DNA of 63,769 bases, the filler included, from Octopus bimaculoides (lineage: Eukaryota), in assembly GCF_001194135.2 (NCBI RefSeq). It is 4 parts of 3 records of this genome, joined end to end, with 100 filler letters (N's around TTAATTAATTAA, not from the genome) between each part and the next. Parts side by side here need not be neighbours in the genome. Positions count along the whole stretch, not along the records: positions 1 to 25,408 come from NC_068987.1; 3 more parts are not named here. One strand, given 5' to 3'. The notes beneath the pieces are model-generated. The model was not told the DNA's origin, searched no databases, and saw only the letters and a program-made list of their open reading frames with translations. Within the stretch, counting starts at the first letter, position 1. Each line of letters opens with the position of its first letter. Both the position numbers and the translations under genes were made by a program. Shown here piece by piece: positions 1 through 10,974 of the stretch.

Positions 1-1337
1 ATATATATATATATATATATATATAAACAGAGAAAGAGAGAAAATAAGTGAATGTCAGCTGCTGTAATGTCATCCTTCAGCTTGTAGGATTGACATCATT
101 TGTGTTGCTGTCTCTTCATATTTGGTGGGTCCAGCTGTTGAACTTGGCTTCATAGTGAACAGAGATGGATATGAACTCCAGACTACATCTATTCTCTGTT
201 CTCCTGTCTGCTCTGCTCTCTCTCCTACTCTCATGTCTGTTTCTCTGACCACTCTTAGACCTGGTGTAATTTTCTTTTCACTGAGTTATTTTATTTTAAG
301 CTTGACTGATTTGCAATCAGCAACTTTTGATTCATCTATTTTTGCTGACGTCATTTAATGAAATTTGATGTGTAGTTGTTGAGTGACATTGGTTAGTGTT
401 TTTTTTTTGTTTTTTTTCTGACATCACCACTCAGTTTGAAAGATCAAGTTTTTGTTTATGAAAATTGGAAAGAAAAAAATCAAATTCCAAATTCAAATTG
501 AGGCAGAGGCTTGCTACGTGTATATCTAAGATTAAACATATAAATATTATCTATAATATATCATTGTTTAAAATAAGCTTCCTTTCTTGTATTCAATATA
601 TAGTGAAATTCTTAAAGAATTAGCTTTTCTTTCTCTTTTTTTTTTTCCTGTGTGATAATTTCTCAAATTTCATCAGGTGTGTGACAATTTAGCAAGTTTC
701 ATGTGAAATTTTTGTGTTTCAAACAAGATACATGGCTTATTTTAATATTTTAAAATGGTGCAAGAGTGTCATATATTTAAATCATAGCAAAAATAGTACA
801 AGAATCTACTGTGGGGTGGTTGTAATCTACCAGCAATACAAGTTTGATTTCTGATTAAATCCTTTTTATTCCACACCATTCCTTGTATCTGCAATTTTTC
901 ATCATGGTCTGCAGACTAGAGAGACAGAGGGACTTTGTCAACCTGTCTTGTCATTGGCATAATGCATAATTTTGAAGCCTTTGGTAGTCACAAGAAGTTT
1001 AAATGATATGAAAACATCGTTAATCCTTTAGATACCAATCCATCTCAGACTGCCTTTGGTCCTAAGATACAAACGTCCTATTTTAAAGGGATCTAAATTG
1101 AAATCTTCCCTCAAAATTTCACGTTAATATATGTTCCAAACATCAGCTTAATTATAACAATGTTATCTTATGAAATTCTTCATTACATTCAAAATCAATT
1201 GGAACAAAGGCAGAGTATTTCAGTAGAAACTTGGTAGTAATAGGGCTAAATATAACACTAAACAATAAATAAGCTACTCTTTGCAAGCTGTTTGGGTGTT
1301 TCTGTATCTTTGTTTGACTTAATGTTGTGTCACTCAC

Positions 1338-1457
1338 ACTGTCATGATAATCTTCAGACCAGTGAGTTGCTTATTACAGCTTAACCATTCTGGTTTATAT
1401 AACTGCTTTACAGGTGTGATGGCACCACTGATTAAAGTAGACAGCTGCTTAATATGA
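1338..1457 (-). CDS. Candidate exon B3
   Basis: catacatttatag|T...GT|gtgagt; 120 nt, phase 2 to 2, continuing B2: (S)HIKQLSTLISGAITPVKQLYKPEWLSCNKQLTGLKIIMT. Confidence 0.6.
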
Positions 1458-1499
1458 CTATAAATGTATGTAGAAGATATAGTATGGCTGAATGGTAAA

Positions 1500-2317
1500 G
1501 AAGTTCACTTCACAGCCATGATGTTCTCGAATCCTTGTCATCAAATGACAGAGATCCACCAACATATGTGATATGCTGAACACTCATAAGATGTTGTAAT
1601 ATCATGAAAATTTATCAACTTACTCAGTAACAGCTTGTGATATTATCATTGCTAAAGTATGGTGATGGTGGGGGAGTATAACATACACTTAGTACACTAT
1701 GAACAAAGTATCCTGGTATCACATTATAGTTTGTTGTTTGTTTCAATATAAGAAAAAGTAAAGCCCATAACCTCTGCCCACTCTTCCAGGCTGTTGAGAC
1801 TAATGTGACCGATATTCATGTGGAATGTGTGTCAGTCTGCCAGATATCTCATTGCATCTTTTGTGAACCAATGGCTCTGCAAAATTATCAAGTTCCCACC
1901 GACTAACTTCCTACATATTGAATAAGATCACCTTTCAGATAACATAAAGATTTTTCTAATGAGTACATTTGTTTTTATCATGCTTCTAAGTTTGGAACAT
2001 TTTCAGGATTTTTTTTTTTTTAAGATTCTGCAACAAGAATCAGGTCATCAGCATACAAAAGATTACTTTAGGAAACCACTCCTGAACTAAAATTATCAGG
2101 AAGGGGCTGGAGCCAGAAATCTGGTGAGCACTTACCTGCACACTAAAGTTTTTCACTAAACTCATTGTTAATCCTAACCTTGCTCACAATACTCTCAAAT
2201 ATGTTTGGAATGAGTTTAGTAAACCATTCTTTTGTACTTAGTTTTCTTTCTACCCCACCAGCCTCAAGCAAGGGAAGGGAATTTGTTTGAGGCTTTCTCA
2301 AAACAACAGATGCAAAG
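1500..2317 (-). mobile_element. Degenerate RTE LINE RT fragment, same family type as 8080-9870
   Basis: EKA, SIVSKVRINNEFSEK, VSAHQ..SPFLII, LLYADDLILVAES (~2075-2035) and VHKRCNEISGRLT (PHD remnant). Interrupted by a SINE at 2331. Confidence 0.75.
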
Positions 2318-2330
2318 CATAGTAATATTT

Positions 2331-2718
2331 TTGTTGTTGTTGGCACTCCGTCGCTTACGACGTCGAGGGTTCCAGTTGATCCGATCAATGGAACAGCCTG
2401 CTCGTGAAATTAACGTGCACGTGGTTGAGCACTCCACAGACACGTGTACCTTTAACGTAGTTCTCGGGGATATTCAGCGTGACACAGTGTGACAAGGCTG
2501 ACCCTTTCAATTACAGGCACAACAGAAACAGGAAGTAAGAGTGAGAGAAAGTTGTGGTGAAAGAGTAAAGCAGGGGTCGCCACCATCCCCTGCCGGAGCC
2601 TCGTCGAGCTTTAGGTGTTTTCACTCAATAAACACTCACAACACCCGGTCTGGGAATCGAAACTGTGTTCCTATGACCGCGAGTCCGCTGCCCTAACCAC
2701 TGGGCCATTGCGCCTCCA
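2331..2718 (-). mobile_element. tRNA-derived SINE family A, full length, 13-bp TSD
   Basis: Head GGAGGCGCAATGGCCCAGTGGTTAGGGCAGCGGACTCGCGG with A and B boxes; (AAC)n tail; TSD CATAGTAATATTT at 2318-2330 and 2719-2731. Confidence 0.92.
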
Positions 2719-2755
2719 CATAGTAATATTTATCCCCACTTAAACATGAATGTTC

Positions 2756-2984
2756 TATTAGGACAAAGTATACTGCAGTAGATACCATGAGAGTAACTCT
2801 CATATTGACTTTCAGTGCAACATGCACTGTTATTTTATATTGCTAGTGGGGAGATAAATCCCTGCCATCTCCAGCACTGAGACCATCAGGTCACCTTGGC
2901 ACTGGAGGTGGTGGGGATTTTGAACTAAAAGTCAATATAAGAGTTTCTATCATGGTATCTATTGCAGTATAGTTTGTCCCAATA
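2756..2984. repeat. MITE-like element with 65-bp TIRs
   Basis: 2756-2820 versus reverse complement of 2920-2984: 8 mismatches in 65 bp; TA termini. Confidence 0.85.
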
Positions 2985-3019
2985 AACATTACCTCTCAGG
3001 ATGAATACTGCCTCTGTCT

Positions 3020-3165
3020 ATAATGTATATTTTTTTTAGCAAAGTATAGTGGTTGTTGTTGGTGAAGAACTTCTCTTGTAGTTGCATTAGTAAACATATG
3101 GAATCTGTAGATTTGTGAACTGACACAAATTCAAACTTAGAAAATGAAGAGATTGAAATAGAAAT
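3020..3165 (-). mobile_element. RTE RT fragment
   Basis: FEFVSVHKSTDSICLLMQLQEKFFTNN, matching FGFV..KSTTDAIFLVRQLQEKYLAK of the 8.3 kb copy. Confidence 0.7.
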
Positions 3166-3830
3166 ATATTTTTGATATCTGAGCATTTAAAGAATTGAGA
3201 AATAACAAAGAGGTAAAATAAAAGTTATAACTCATAATTTTGTTTTTCTAAACTTTAGTACTTTAATGACACTACATTTATTTAAGTATTTCCTGCAGGT
3301 AGATACTGAAGAAATGTAGATTAATGTATATTGTTGTTGTTGTTGTCATCACTGTTGTTGTCGCTGTTGCTACCAGTGCCGTCATTGTTTTAACCCTTTC
3401 ATATTTCTGCCATTGTATCAATTGATTTTTTTTAATAATTAAGAATTTGGTAAAATAATTTTGTCATTAACCTGATGCTTGGAAATTAAATTATTACGAA
3501 ATTTTTATGGAAAATTTAAATTTAGATCACTTTAAAAATAGGATGTTTCTGTCCAAGAACCAGGAGTGGTCTCAGGCAGGTTGGTAACAAAAGTGTGAGG
3601 GTCCATTTTCCCATGCTTTCATGGGTCTGATGGAATTCATTGAGGCAGATGTTTCTACAGCCAGATACCTTTTCCTGTTGCCAAAACCCCACCTGTTTCC
3701 AAACAAGGTAAAATTTTCCAACGACTGAACATGTTTTCATGGAAGGTTGTAAGAAACACTGCAGCTGGAATGATGGTGACGTCCCTTTACAGATATTGCA
3801 TGATGTCTCAACAAGGACGGACGGACGGAC

Positions 3831-3866
<36 letters not shown>

Positions 3867-4300
3867 TAGGCTTCAATGCAGTTTCTGTCAACCAAATCCA
3901 TGTAGAAGGCTTTGGTCAGATTGGGGTTATAGTGGAAGACATTTGCTCAAGGTGCTGTGCAGTAGGACTGAACAAGGAACTATGTCATTGGCGAAGTGAA
4001 CTTCTCTGTTATACAGCCATGCCTGTGTCTTTACTGTTCATAAACATCTGAAGTAGATTTGAGTCTATAACCTATCCTTATAACCTGGCATTGTAACACA
4101 TTATCTAACATCTGTTCCACTTGGCTAATTTATCTTCACAAACGACTGTACCCTATATGAATGGAATGCGGATAACTGGGTCAATAGCATAATAAACAAT
4201 CAAGCCAAGGCTACACATTCAGCTGATCCTATTTTGTCACGATATTTTGTGTTGAATGTATGGCCCCAAACACTTCGTAATAAACAACTAAGTTAGCTAC

Positions 4301-4419
4301 CTCTCTGCAGGTACTATGAAGTGGTTTTCTTCATAATTGAATGTGTCAACACCATAAGTTGAATAAGTGTTTTGTAGGTTTGTGGTACTGAATTTTACAT
4401 TGTTTAATATAAACAGTAC
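4301..4419 (-). CDS. Candidate exon B2
   Basis: cttgttgccttag|GTA...AG|gtagct (weak donor); 119 nt, phase 0 to 2, only open frame: VLFILNNVKFSTTNLQNTYSTYGVDTFNYEENHFIVPAE. Confidence 0.6.
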
Positions 4420-4749
4420 CTAAGGCAACAAGCAGCCAGAATTGCTAGCATACTAAGCAAAATGTTTGGCAACATTTTCTCCTTCTTTACGTTTTGAGTT
4501 CAACTTCCACAAAGGTTGGCTTTGCCCTTCATCCTTTTGAGGGGGGGGGGTCAATAAAAGAAGTACCAGTTGAACATTGGGGTCATTGACTTAGCTTCTC
4601 CCCATGAACTTGTTGACTTTGAGCCAAAATTTGAAACCAGTATAAATCATACCTAGTGGTAGTCATGCCTCTCCTCTATCTTAAAGCTTATAAACTCCAG
4701 AGGTAAGCTTCAGCTCAGAGGATCATGTAGGTGTATCAAAGGATAAAGG

Positions 4750-5278
4750 GTGGCATAGTGATTAGGGTATTCAGTTCACAATTGTATAGTGACAACTTCG
4801 ATTCCTGGTGGCACATTGTGTCCTCAAGCAAGATACTTTAGTTCATGTTGCTCTAGTCCACACACCTGGCAAAAGTGATTTGTACCTATATTTCAAAGGG
4901 TCATTCTGAATCATGCTGAACTTCCCTGAGAACTATGTAGACCCTTTAGCATTTAAACCAGCCCTATCTGGCCCAAATATTCTACCTGTTTCATGTTCAA
5001 ATTAGTCAGATCCAGCCTCTCACACCTACTCTACAATGTCATTATAAAAATATGCAGTCATGTCATCAAAGTCTCAAAGCTGCAAGATAATGCAAATTTA
5101 ATTCAAAACAATGAGAATAAATAAACCTTACATTTGACAGAGTAATTTAAATGCTAAAGGGTTAAGGGTACATGTGCCTGTGGATTACTCAGCCAGTTGC
5201 ACATTAATTTCATGAGCTGGCTGTTCCATTCATTGGATCAACTGGAACCCTCATTGTTGTAACTGATAGAGTGTCAGT
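4750..5278 (+). mobile_element. SINE family B (different head, 3' domain shared with family A), split by a TTAA-MITE
   Basis: Degenerate tRNA head at 4750; resumes at 5166 with GGGTAC..TGTGGA..CTCAGCCA.TTGCAC.TTAATTTC..GAGC.GGCTGTTCC. Other B copies at 24205-24533 (-), 46131-46452 (-) and 48510-48665 (-). Confidence 0.75.
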
Positions 5279-5667
5279 TGTTGGCACTCCGTCGCTTACG
5301 ACGACGAAGTTTCCAGTTGATCCGATCAATGGAACAGCCTGAAATTAACGTGAAATTAACGTGCAAGTGGCTGAGCACTCCACAGACACGTGTACCGTTA
5401 ACGTAGTTCTCGGGGATATTCAGCGTGACACAGTGTGACAAGGCTGACCCTTTGAATTACAGGCACAACAGAAACAGGAAGTAAGAGTGAGAGAAAGTTG
5501 TGGTGAAAGAGTACAGCAGGGTTCGCCACCATCCCCTGCCAGAGCCTCGTGAAGCTTTAGGTGTTTTCACTCAATAAACACTCACAACACCCGGTCTGGG
5601 AATCGAAACCGCGATCCTATGACCGTGAGTCCACTGCCCTAACCATTGGGCCATTGCACCTCCACAG
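5279..5667 (-). mobile_element. SINE family A, full length, 11-bp TSD
   Basis: Near-identical to 2331-2718; TSD AGAGTGTCAGT at 5268-5278 and 5668-5678. Confidence 0.92.
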
Positions 5668-5732
5668 AGAGTGTCAGTATGTGTTTATTAAAAATAATTT
5701 CCAGTTTCTTATATATGACATGCATTTCTTAC

Positions 5733-5843
5733 CTTTTCAATAACTTCAGATTGAGAAACCTGGTATTTCCTTCTGTTCACTAAATCAAGTCTTGATTTAG
5801 AAACTGACTCATAATTCAGTTGTGTAGATGTTGTCCAAATTGG
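5733..5843 (-). CDS. Candidate exon B1 of an unidentified gene
   Basis: tttgtgttaatatttcag|CCA...AAG|gtaaga; 111 nt, phase 0 to 0, and this is the only open frame: PIWTTSTQLNYESVSKSRLDLVNRRKYQVSQSEVIEK. Confidence 0.7.
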
Positions 5844-6146
5844 CTGAAATATTAACACAAAATATAATATTTATAAGTTTCATTCATAAGGACATATTAT
5901 GAAAGTAATTTTTAAACAATTTTGTTGAGTGTGTGGGTGTGGGTGAGGGTTCAATATTTTAGTCTGAAATTTCAAACTGATAAAATTCCAAACTGATAAA
6001 TTTAAAACTGGACATAAAGAAAAATCTGGATTTGATTGAAGTTTAAACTGTGAAAGCTAAATATTATTGTAAGAACAACAAGAAGAATAAGGTGATAAAA
6101 TGATGAAAGCTAGAAAACAATGACAATATGTGTGTGTGTGTGTGTG

Positions 6147-6336
6147 TGTGTGATATGTCACAAAACTAGTAAGACAATATCTCGACTTAAAAGACATGTG
6201 CTAGTTCACAAAAAACATTCCTTCAGAATCAGATTCCAAAGGACAAAGATGAAGAAGAAACTTGAATAATATCTGTCACTTGTGTTTTAAACTCTGTCAG
6301 TCAGCAGCTGGTCTTAAAAATCATCTGAGGGTTCAT
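6147..6336 (+). pseudogene. Two out-of-frame C2H2 zinc-finger remnants, probably a LINE ORF2 C-terminus
   Basis: CVICHKTSKTISRLKRHVLVH and CHLCFKLCQSAAGLKNHLRVH, both C-x2-C-x12-H-x3-H. They are separated by a stop and frameshift and have no TGEKP linker. Confidence 0.65.
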
Positions 6337-6450
6337 CAACTGAGGGATTGTTCTGTGTGGTGGGGTGTGGTGTGTGTGTTGATGGGACAGCTGTCATTTG
6401 TCAAGATGAAGCAATCAGCATGTACGTATGTATGCATGTATGTATGTGTG

Positions 6451-6484
<34 letters not shown>

Positions 6485-6551
6485 TGTCTTTCTCCTGTTT
6501 CATCTCCACCTGTTTATTTGCTGCTTCAATTAAATGTTCCAATATATACAC

Positions 6552-6945
6552 TTTTACTTGTTTCAGTCATTTGACTGTGGCCATGCTGGAGCACCACCTT
6601 TAGTCAAGCAAATTGACCCCAGGACTTATTCTTTGTAAGCCTAGTACTTATTCTATTGGTCTCCTTTGCCGAACCGCTAAGTTATGGGGACACAAACAAA
6701 CCAGCATCGGTTGTCAACCGATGTTGGGGGGACAAACACAGACACACAAACATATACAAACATACATATATATATATATACGATGGGCTTCTTTCAGTTT
6801 CCTTCTACCAAATCCACTCACAAGGCTTTGGTTGGCCTGAGGCTATAGTAGAGGACACTTGCCCAAGATGCCACGCAGTGGGGCTGAACCCGGAACTATG
6901 TGGTTGGTAAGCAAGCTACTTACCACACAGCCACTCCTGCACCTA
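6552..6945 (-). mobile_element. SINE family D with an internal (TA/CA)n microsatellite
   Basis: Head GGAGTGGCTGTGTGGTAAG...CTTGGGCAAGTG; 3' half ...GCTCCAGCATGGCC.CAGTCAAATGACTGAAACAAG. Other pieces at 26100-26770 (-), 27975-28160 (+), 45250-45415 (+), 3865-4025 (-), 23475-23570 (+) and 49975-50088 (+). Confidence 0.82.
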
Positions 6946-7848
6946 TATTTATATCTATATCTATATTTAAGATCTTAATTTTTCAGACTAAAGCACTGAG
7001 CTGTTTTTCTTTTGCTTGATTTGGTTAGATAAAGAAGGACAAATCTCCCAAACTTGGCCCCTTTTTTATAGAGCCTCCAAGAATGGTAAGAAAAGGTTAC
7101 CTTCAAGCCAGACAACCTTACTCAAATTCTTGCAATAGACACTCACGGATCAAGTAATGGTTAAACTCTTTCAGTCTTCTGACTTGCCAACTCCAGTCAG
7201 ACCATACAACCCATACCAGCATAGAAAATGGACATTAAATGCTGCTGCTGATGGACATGATAATGATAACGATGATGACAACAATGACGATGATGTCAAC
7301 AATGACGATGATGACAACAATGACAATGACAATGTTCATCACTGTTGTCATCATCAACAATGACAATGATGATGACAATGATAATGATGGTGACGATGAT
7401 GATGATGATGGTGATGATGACGATGATGATGATGATGGATGATTGTGATGAACCAAAGACTGAGCTAGTCACCTCTTATGGACTTCTGCAAAATTTTCAT
7501 CTAATCTCCCTCACAAGAATTTGGGTGACCTAAGACTAAGACAGAAGATACTTGTCCAAGACATTACACACTGGTATCAAACCCAAAACCTCATATTTGC
7601 TAAGAGAACTTCTTAAACCATTATGCACTCGTTAATGAGATTATCATTTCTGGGTCTGTTAATCTCAAATTCAAATGTAAACATTTTATTAATATCTATA
7701 TCTCGTGTAATTATCAAAGGATGAATTTAACTCCAAATATTATAATCTCATTAATAGCAACTCATCATGCATATATATGTGTGTGTGTGTGTATGTGTGT
7801 ATGTGTGTGTGTGTATGTGTGTGTGTGTATGTGTGTGTGTGTGTGTAC

Positions 7849-7983
7849 AATTGTAGCATGGAAGATGCTTATAAGCCATTTAAGAACACACAAAAAATTG
7901 TTAAATATAAATGTTCAAGTGAATCTAATGGGGTTTTTTTGTGAGTTTTTAAATGGCTTATAAACATCTTCCATGCTGTAATT
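7849..7983. repeat. Small inverted-repeat MITE (~49-bp arms)
   Basis: AATTGTAGCATGGAAGATGCTTATAAGCCATTTAAG.. mirrored at 7935-7983 with about 5 mismatches. Confidence 0.8.
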
Positions 7984-8079
7984 ATTTTTGTTTCAGCACA
8001 CGATTTCAGATCAAGTCACTTGCTGTGCAAGTACATCTCCATAAAATATATATATACATACATACAAACATGTATATAT

Positions 8080-9870
8080 CTGGTGGTGTTGGCTATATTC
8101 TAGTCACCAATATAGTCAATCAGATGATACATGAAGGAGTCATACCCAATGACTGGTGCAGCAGCAGCATAGTCAACTGCTACAAAGGTAAAGGTGATGC
8201 ATTAGATATGAATAATTAGAGAGGTATCAAGTTGTTGGATCAGGTAATGAAAGTCATGGAGAGGGTCATAACCCAACTAATTAGAGAGAGAGTCAGTTTA
8301 GATGAGATGCTGTTTGGGTTTGTGACAAGGAAAAGCACCACTGATGCTATATTTCTGGTAAGACAGCTGCAAGAGAAATACCTAGCCAAAGATAAACCTC
8401 TGTACCTGGCTTTTGTTGACATGGAGAAAGCTTTGAGATGGCCCCCTGATCCCTTATCTGGTGGTCAATGCGGAAACTAGGGATTAGTGAGAGCTTTACA
8501 AGCCATGTACAGGGATGCTGTCAGTAAGGTGAGGGTTAGCAACGAGTATAGTGAAGAATTCCGGGTAGGGGTAGGGGACCACCAAGGATCAGTCCACAGC
8601 CCCCTCTTATTAATCATAGTCCTCCAGGCATTAATAAAGGAATTCAAGACAGGATGCCCCTGGGAGCTTCTCTATGCTGACGACCTTGCTGTAATAGCTG
8701 AGTCACTATCAGAACTAGAGGAGAAGTTTCAGGTGTGGAAGCAAGGATTAGAATCGAAGGGCCTTAGAGTCAATCTAGCGAAAACCAAAGTCTTAATAAG
8801 TAGGAAGGCAGACAAATCACAAATCCCTTCAGGTAGATGGCCCTGCTCGATCTGTAGAAAAGGTGTAGGTAGAAACTCCATAAGATGTACCCAGTGTAAA
8901 CTATGGACACATGAAAGGTGCAGCAATATCAAAGGAACGCTAACTAGGAAGATCGTTTTTGTATGTGGCAGATGCTCAGCGGCAATAAACACTGAAAATG
9001 TGCAGAAACCAGCTTCTGTCACATGCCAGGGGGAAAAAACTAGAACAGTAGTGAGGGGTGGATGCTCTGAGAGTGTAGCTGCTAGAATAAGAATAGTCTG
9101 GGCAAAGTTCAGAGAGCTCCTACTTCTGCTGGTGACAGGTAGACTGTATGATACATGTGTGCAAACAGCCATGCTACATGGCAGTGAAACAGTGGGCCGT
9201 GACTGCTGAGGACATGCATAAGCTTGCAAGGAATGAAGCTAGTATGCTTCACTGGATGTGTAATGTCAGTGTGCATACACGACAGAGTGTAAGTGCCCTG
9301 AAAGAAAGTTGGACATAAGAAGCATCAGATGTGGTGCACAAGAGAGATGACTGCACTGGTATGGTCATGTGTTGCGTATGGATGAGGACAGCTGTGTGAA
9401 AAAGTATCACACCCTAGCAGTAGAAGGAACCTGTGGAAGAGGTAGACCCAGGAAGACCTGGGATGAGGTGGTGAAGCATGACCTTCGATTGTTAGGCCTA
9501 ACGGAGGCAATGACAAGTGGCCAAGACCTTTGGAGATATGCTGTGTTTGAGAAGACCCAGCAAACCATGGCCTATGCCAGTGCAGCATAAGTAGCCCATT
9601 TAAGAGTACCCTTCAATCATTGGGCAATAAACTATGCTTGTGAAGATGTGTTGAGTCATTGTCGCAGCAGATGAGAGTACTTCCTGATTGGTACCTGTGC
9701 CGGTGGCACGTAAAAAGCACCATTCGAGTGTGGTCGATGCCAGTGCCAGTTGACTGGTTTCATACTGGTGGCACGTAAAAAGCACCATTCGAGTGTGATC
9801 ATTGCCAGTGCTGCCTGACTGGCTCCCATGCCAGTGGCATGTAAAAATCACCCACTACACTCTTGGAATG
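8080..9870 (+). mobile_element. 5'-truncated RTE-clade LINE (RT, PHD-type finger, 3'UTR tandem repeats), frameshifted
   Basis: Motifs YKGKGD, FGF..KSTTDAIF, LAFVDMEKA, QGS..SPLL, LYADDL (8673-8684) and GRGRPRKTW. Internal stops and frameshifts. Three ~65-bp units at 9702-9860. Confidence 0.92.
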
Positions 9871-10009
9871 ATAAAAGTACCCATAATATAAACAGAATGT
9901 CAAATGTTTTGGTATGTGACTTTTACCCACACTATATATATGATACTATGAGGGCAGCATCTTTAACACTTGCCACCTGAAAGCCATATCAAAAACCCTC
10001 TCAACCATA

Positions 10010-10860
10010 GTGTACAAGATTCAGTATGCTGACAATCCAGCTGCACCATCTCATACTCCTGCTTCTCTTTAATAAATGATGAATTTGTCACCAAGTGAAT
10101 CATCAAAAACTTGAAGTTCTCCAATCAACCTTCCCACACTCACCTCCCTCTCAGCCCACACTTATTGATGATGCTCCTCTACTGCAAGTGAACTCATTCT
10201 ACTATCTTGGAAGAATGATCCCTTACACTGGATTCCTTGATGAGGAGATATTCCATCAGATCAGCTTGGCCTCTGTGTCTTTTGGCAGAATCAGCAAATG
10301 AGTTTTCCAGAACAAGAACCTTAGCAACAAGTACAAAAACCTCTGCTTATTGAGCTATTTGTGTATCTACCCTCCTGTATGGGTCTGTGTACTGGAACCT
10401 TTATGGGAGCCAGATCAGAATGGAAGTGTTCCATACCAGAGCACTCCAAGGTATCCTTGGTCTCACGTGGTAGAACAAGGTGCCACATACCAAAATCCTC
10501 CTGAGAGCTGGGGTCTACAGCATTGATGCCTGCATCCTTTATTGTCTTCTCCATTGGGTTGACCATGTGATTCGGATGTTGAGTAACTGGCTCCCAAAGA
10601 TGGTCTTCCTCAGTGTGATTGAGACTGGAAGTAAGCCTCATGGACGTTCAAAACTTTGTTTCCATGATCATCTGAAGCAGTCTTTCATTGTATGTGGTGT
10701 CCCTTCCAATCAGTCAGAATCCCTGGTTGTTAATCAGAAGACATAGAAGTCTGTATGTGATACTGGAGTAGAGCACTTTGAAGCCGAATGCAGGAGACTG
10801 CATGAAGAGAAGAGGAGATGCTACCATTTGTCTGAATGAATTGTCTGACCCATGCAAGCA
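10010..10860 (+). mobile_element. Degenerate RTE/BovB-like LINE 3' fragment
   Basis: QYAD-like motif, FYYLG, LLYGS, HWVDHVIRM..WLPK and GRSKLCFHDHLK, spread across frames. Confidence 0.8.
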
Positions 10861-10974
10861 TAGAAAAGTGGATAAAGATGTTAAAGATGATGATAACAAT
10901 GATGATGATGATGATGATGATGATGATGTGTGTGTGTGTGTGTGTGTGTAGGTATATATGTATGCATGTATATA

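Noticed and set aside
70-358. ORF with PGLRVVR...VVW recalling a MIB/HERC2 domain
   Set aside because: It lacks the GPDWxW core, has an in-frame stop upstream and no pyrimidine-rich acceptor. The sequence is unique but its coding status is unsupported.
2136-2388. ORF with an apparent strong minus-strand donor GCAG|gtaagt at 2136
   Set aside because: It is a frameshifted RTE RT fragment (VSKVRINNEFSE, VQVSAHQ, LLYADDL); the donor is coincidental.
2640-2718. tRNA genes at SINE heads (also 5590-5667, 40450-40527, 43920-44010)
   Set aside because: A and B boxes are present, but each continues into a SINE body with tail and TSD and has no complete cloverleaf.
4380-5760. CNOT1/Not1-like motif VIEKVLFILNNV across exons B1-B2
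   Set aside because: The similarity covers only ~12 residues and the flanks do not match the MIF4G helices; not enough to name the gene.
7845-7900. LISHLRTH as a third zinc-finger remnant
   Set aside because: It is one arm of an inverted-repeat MITE (7849-7983), and the Cys pair is missing.
9702-9860. CRISPR-like repeat array
   Set aside because: Whole ~65-bp units are homologous with no unique spacers; this is a eukaryotic LINE 3'UTR and there are no cas genes.
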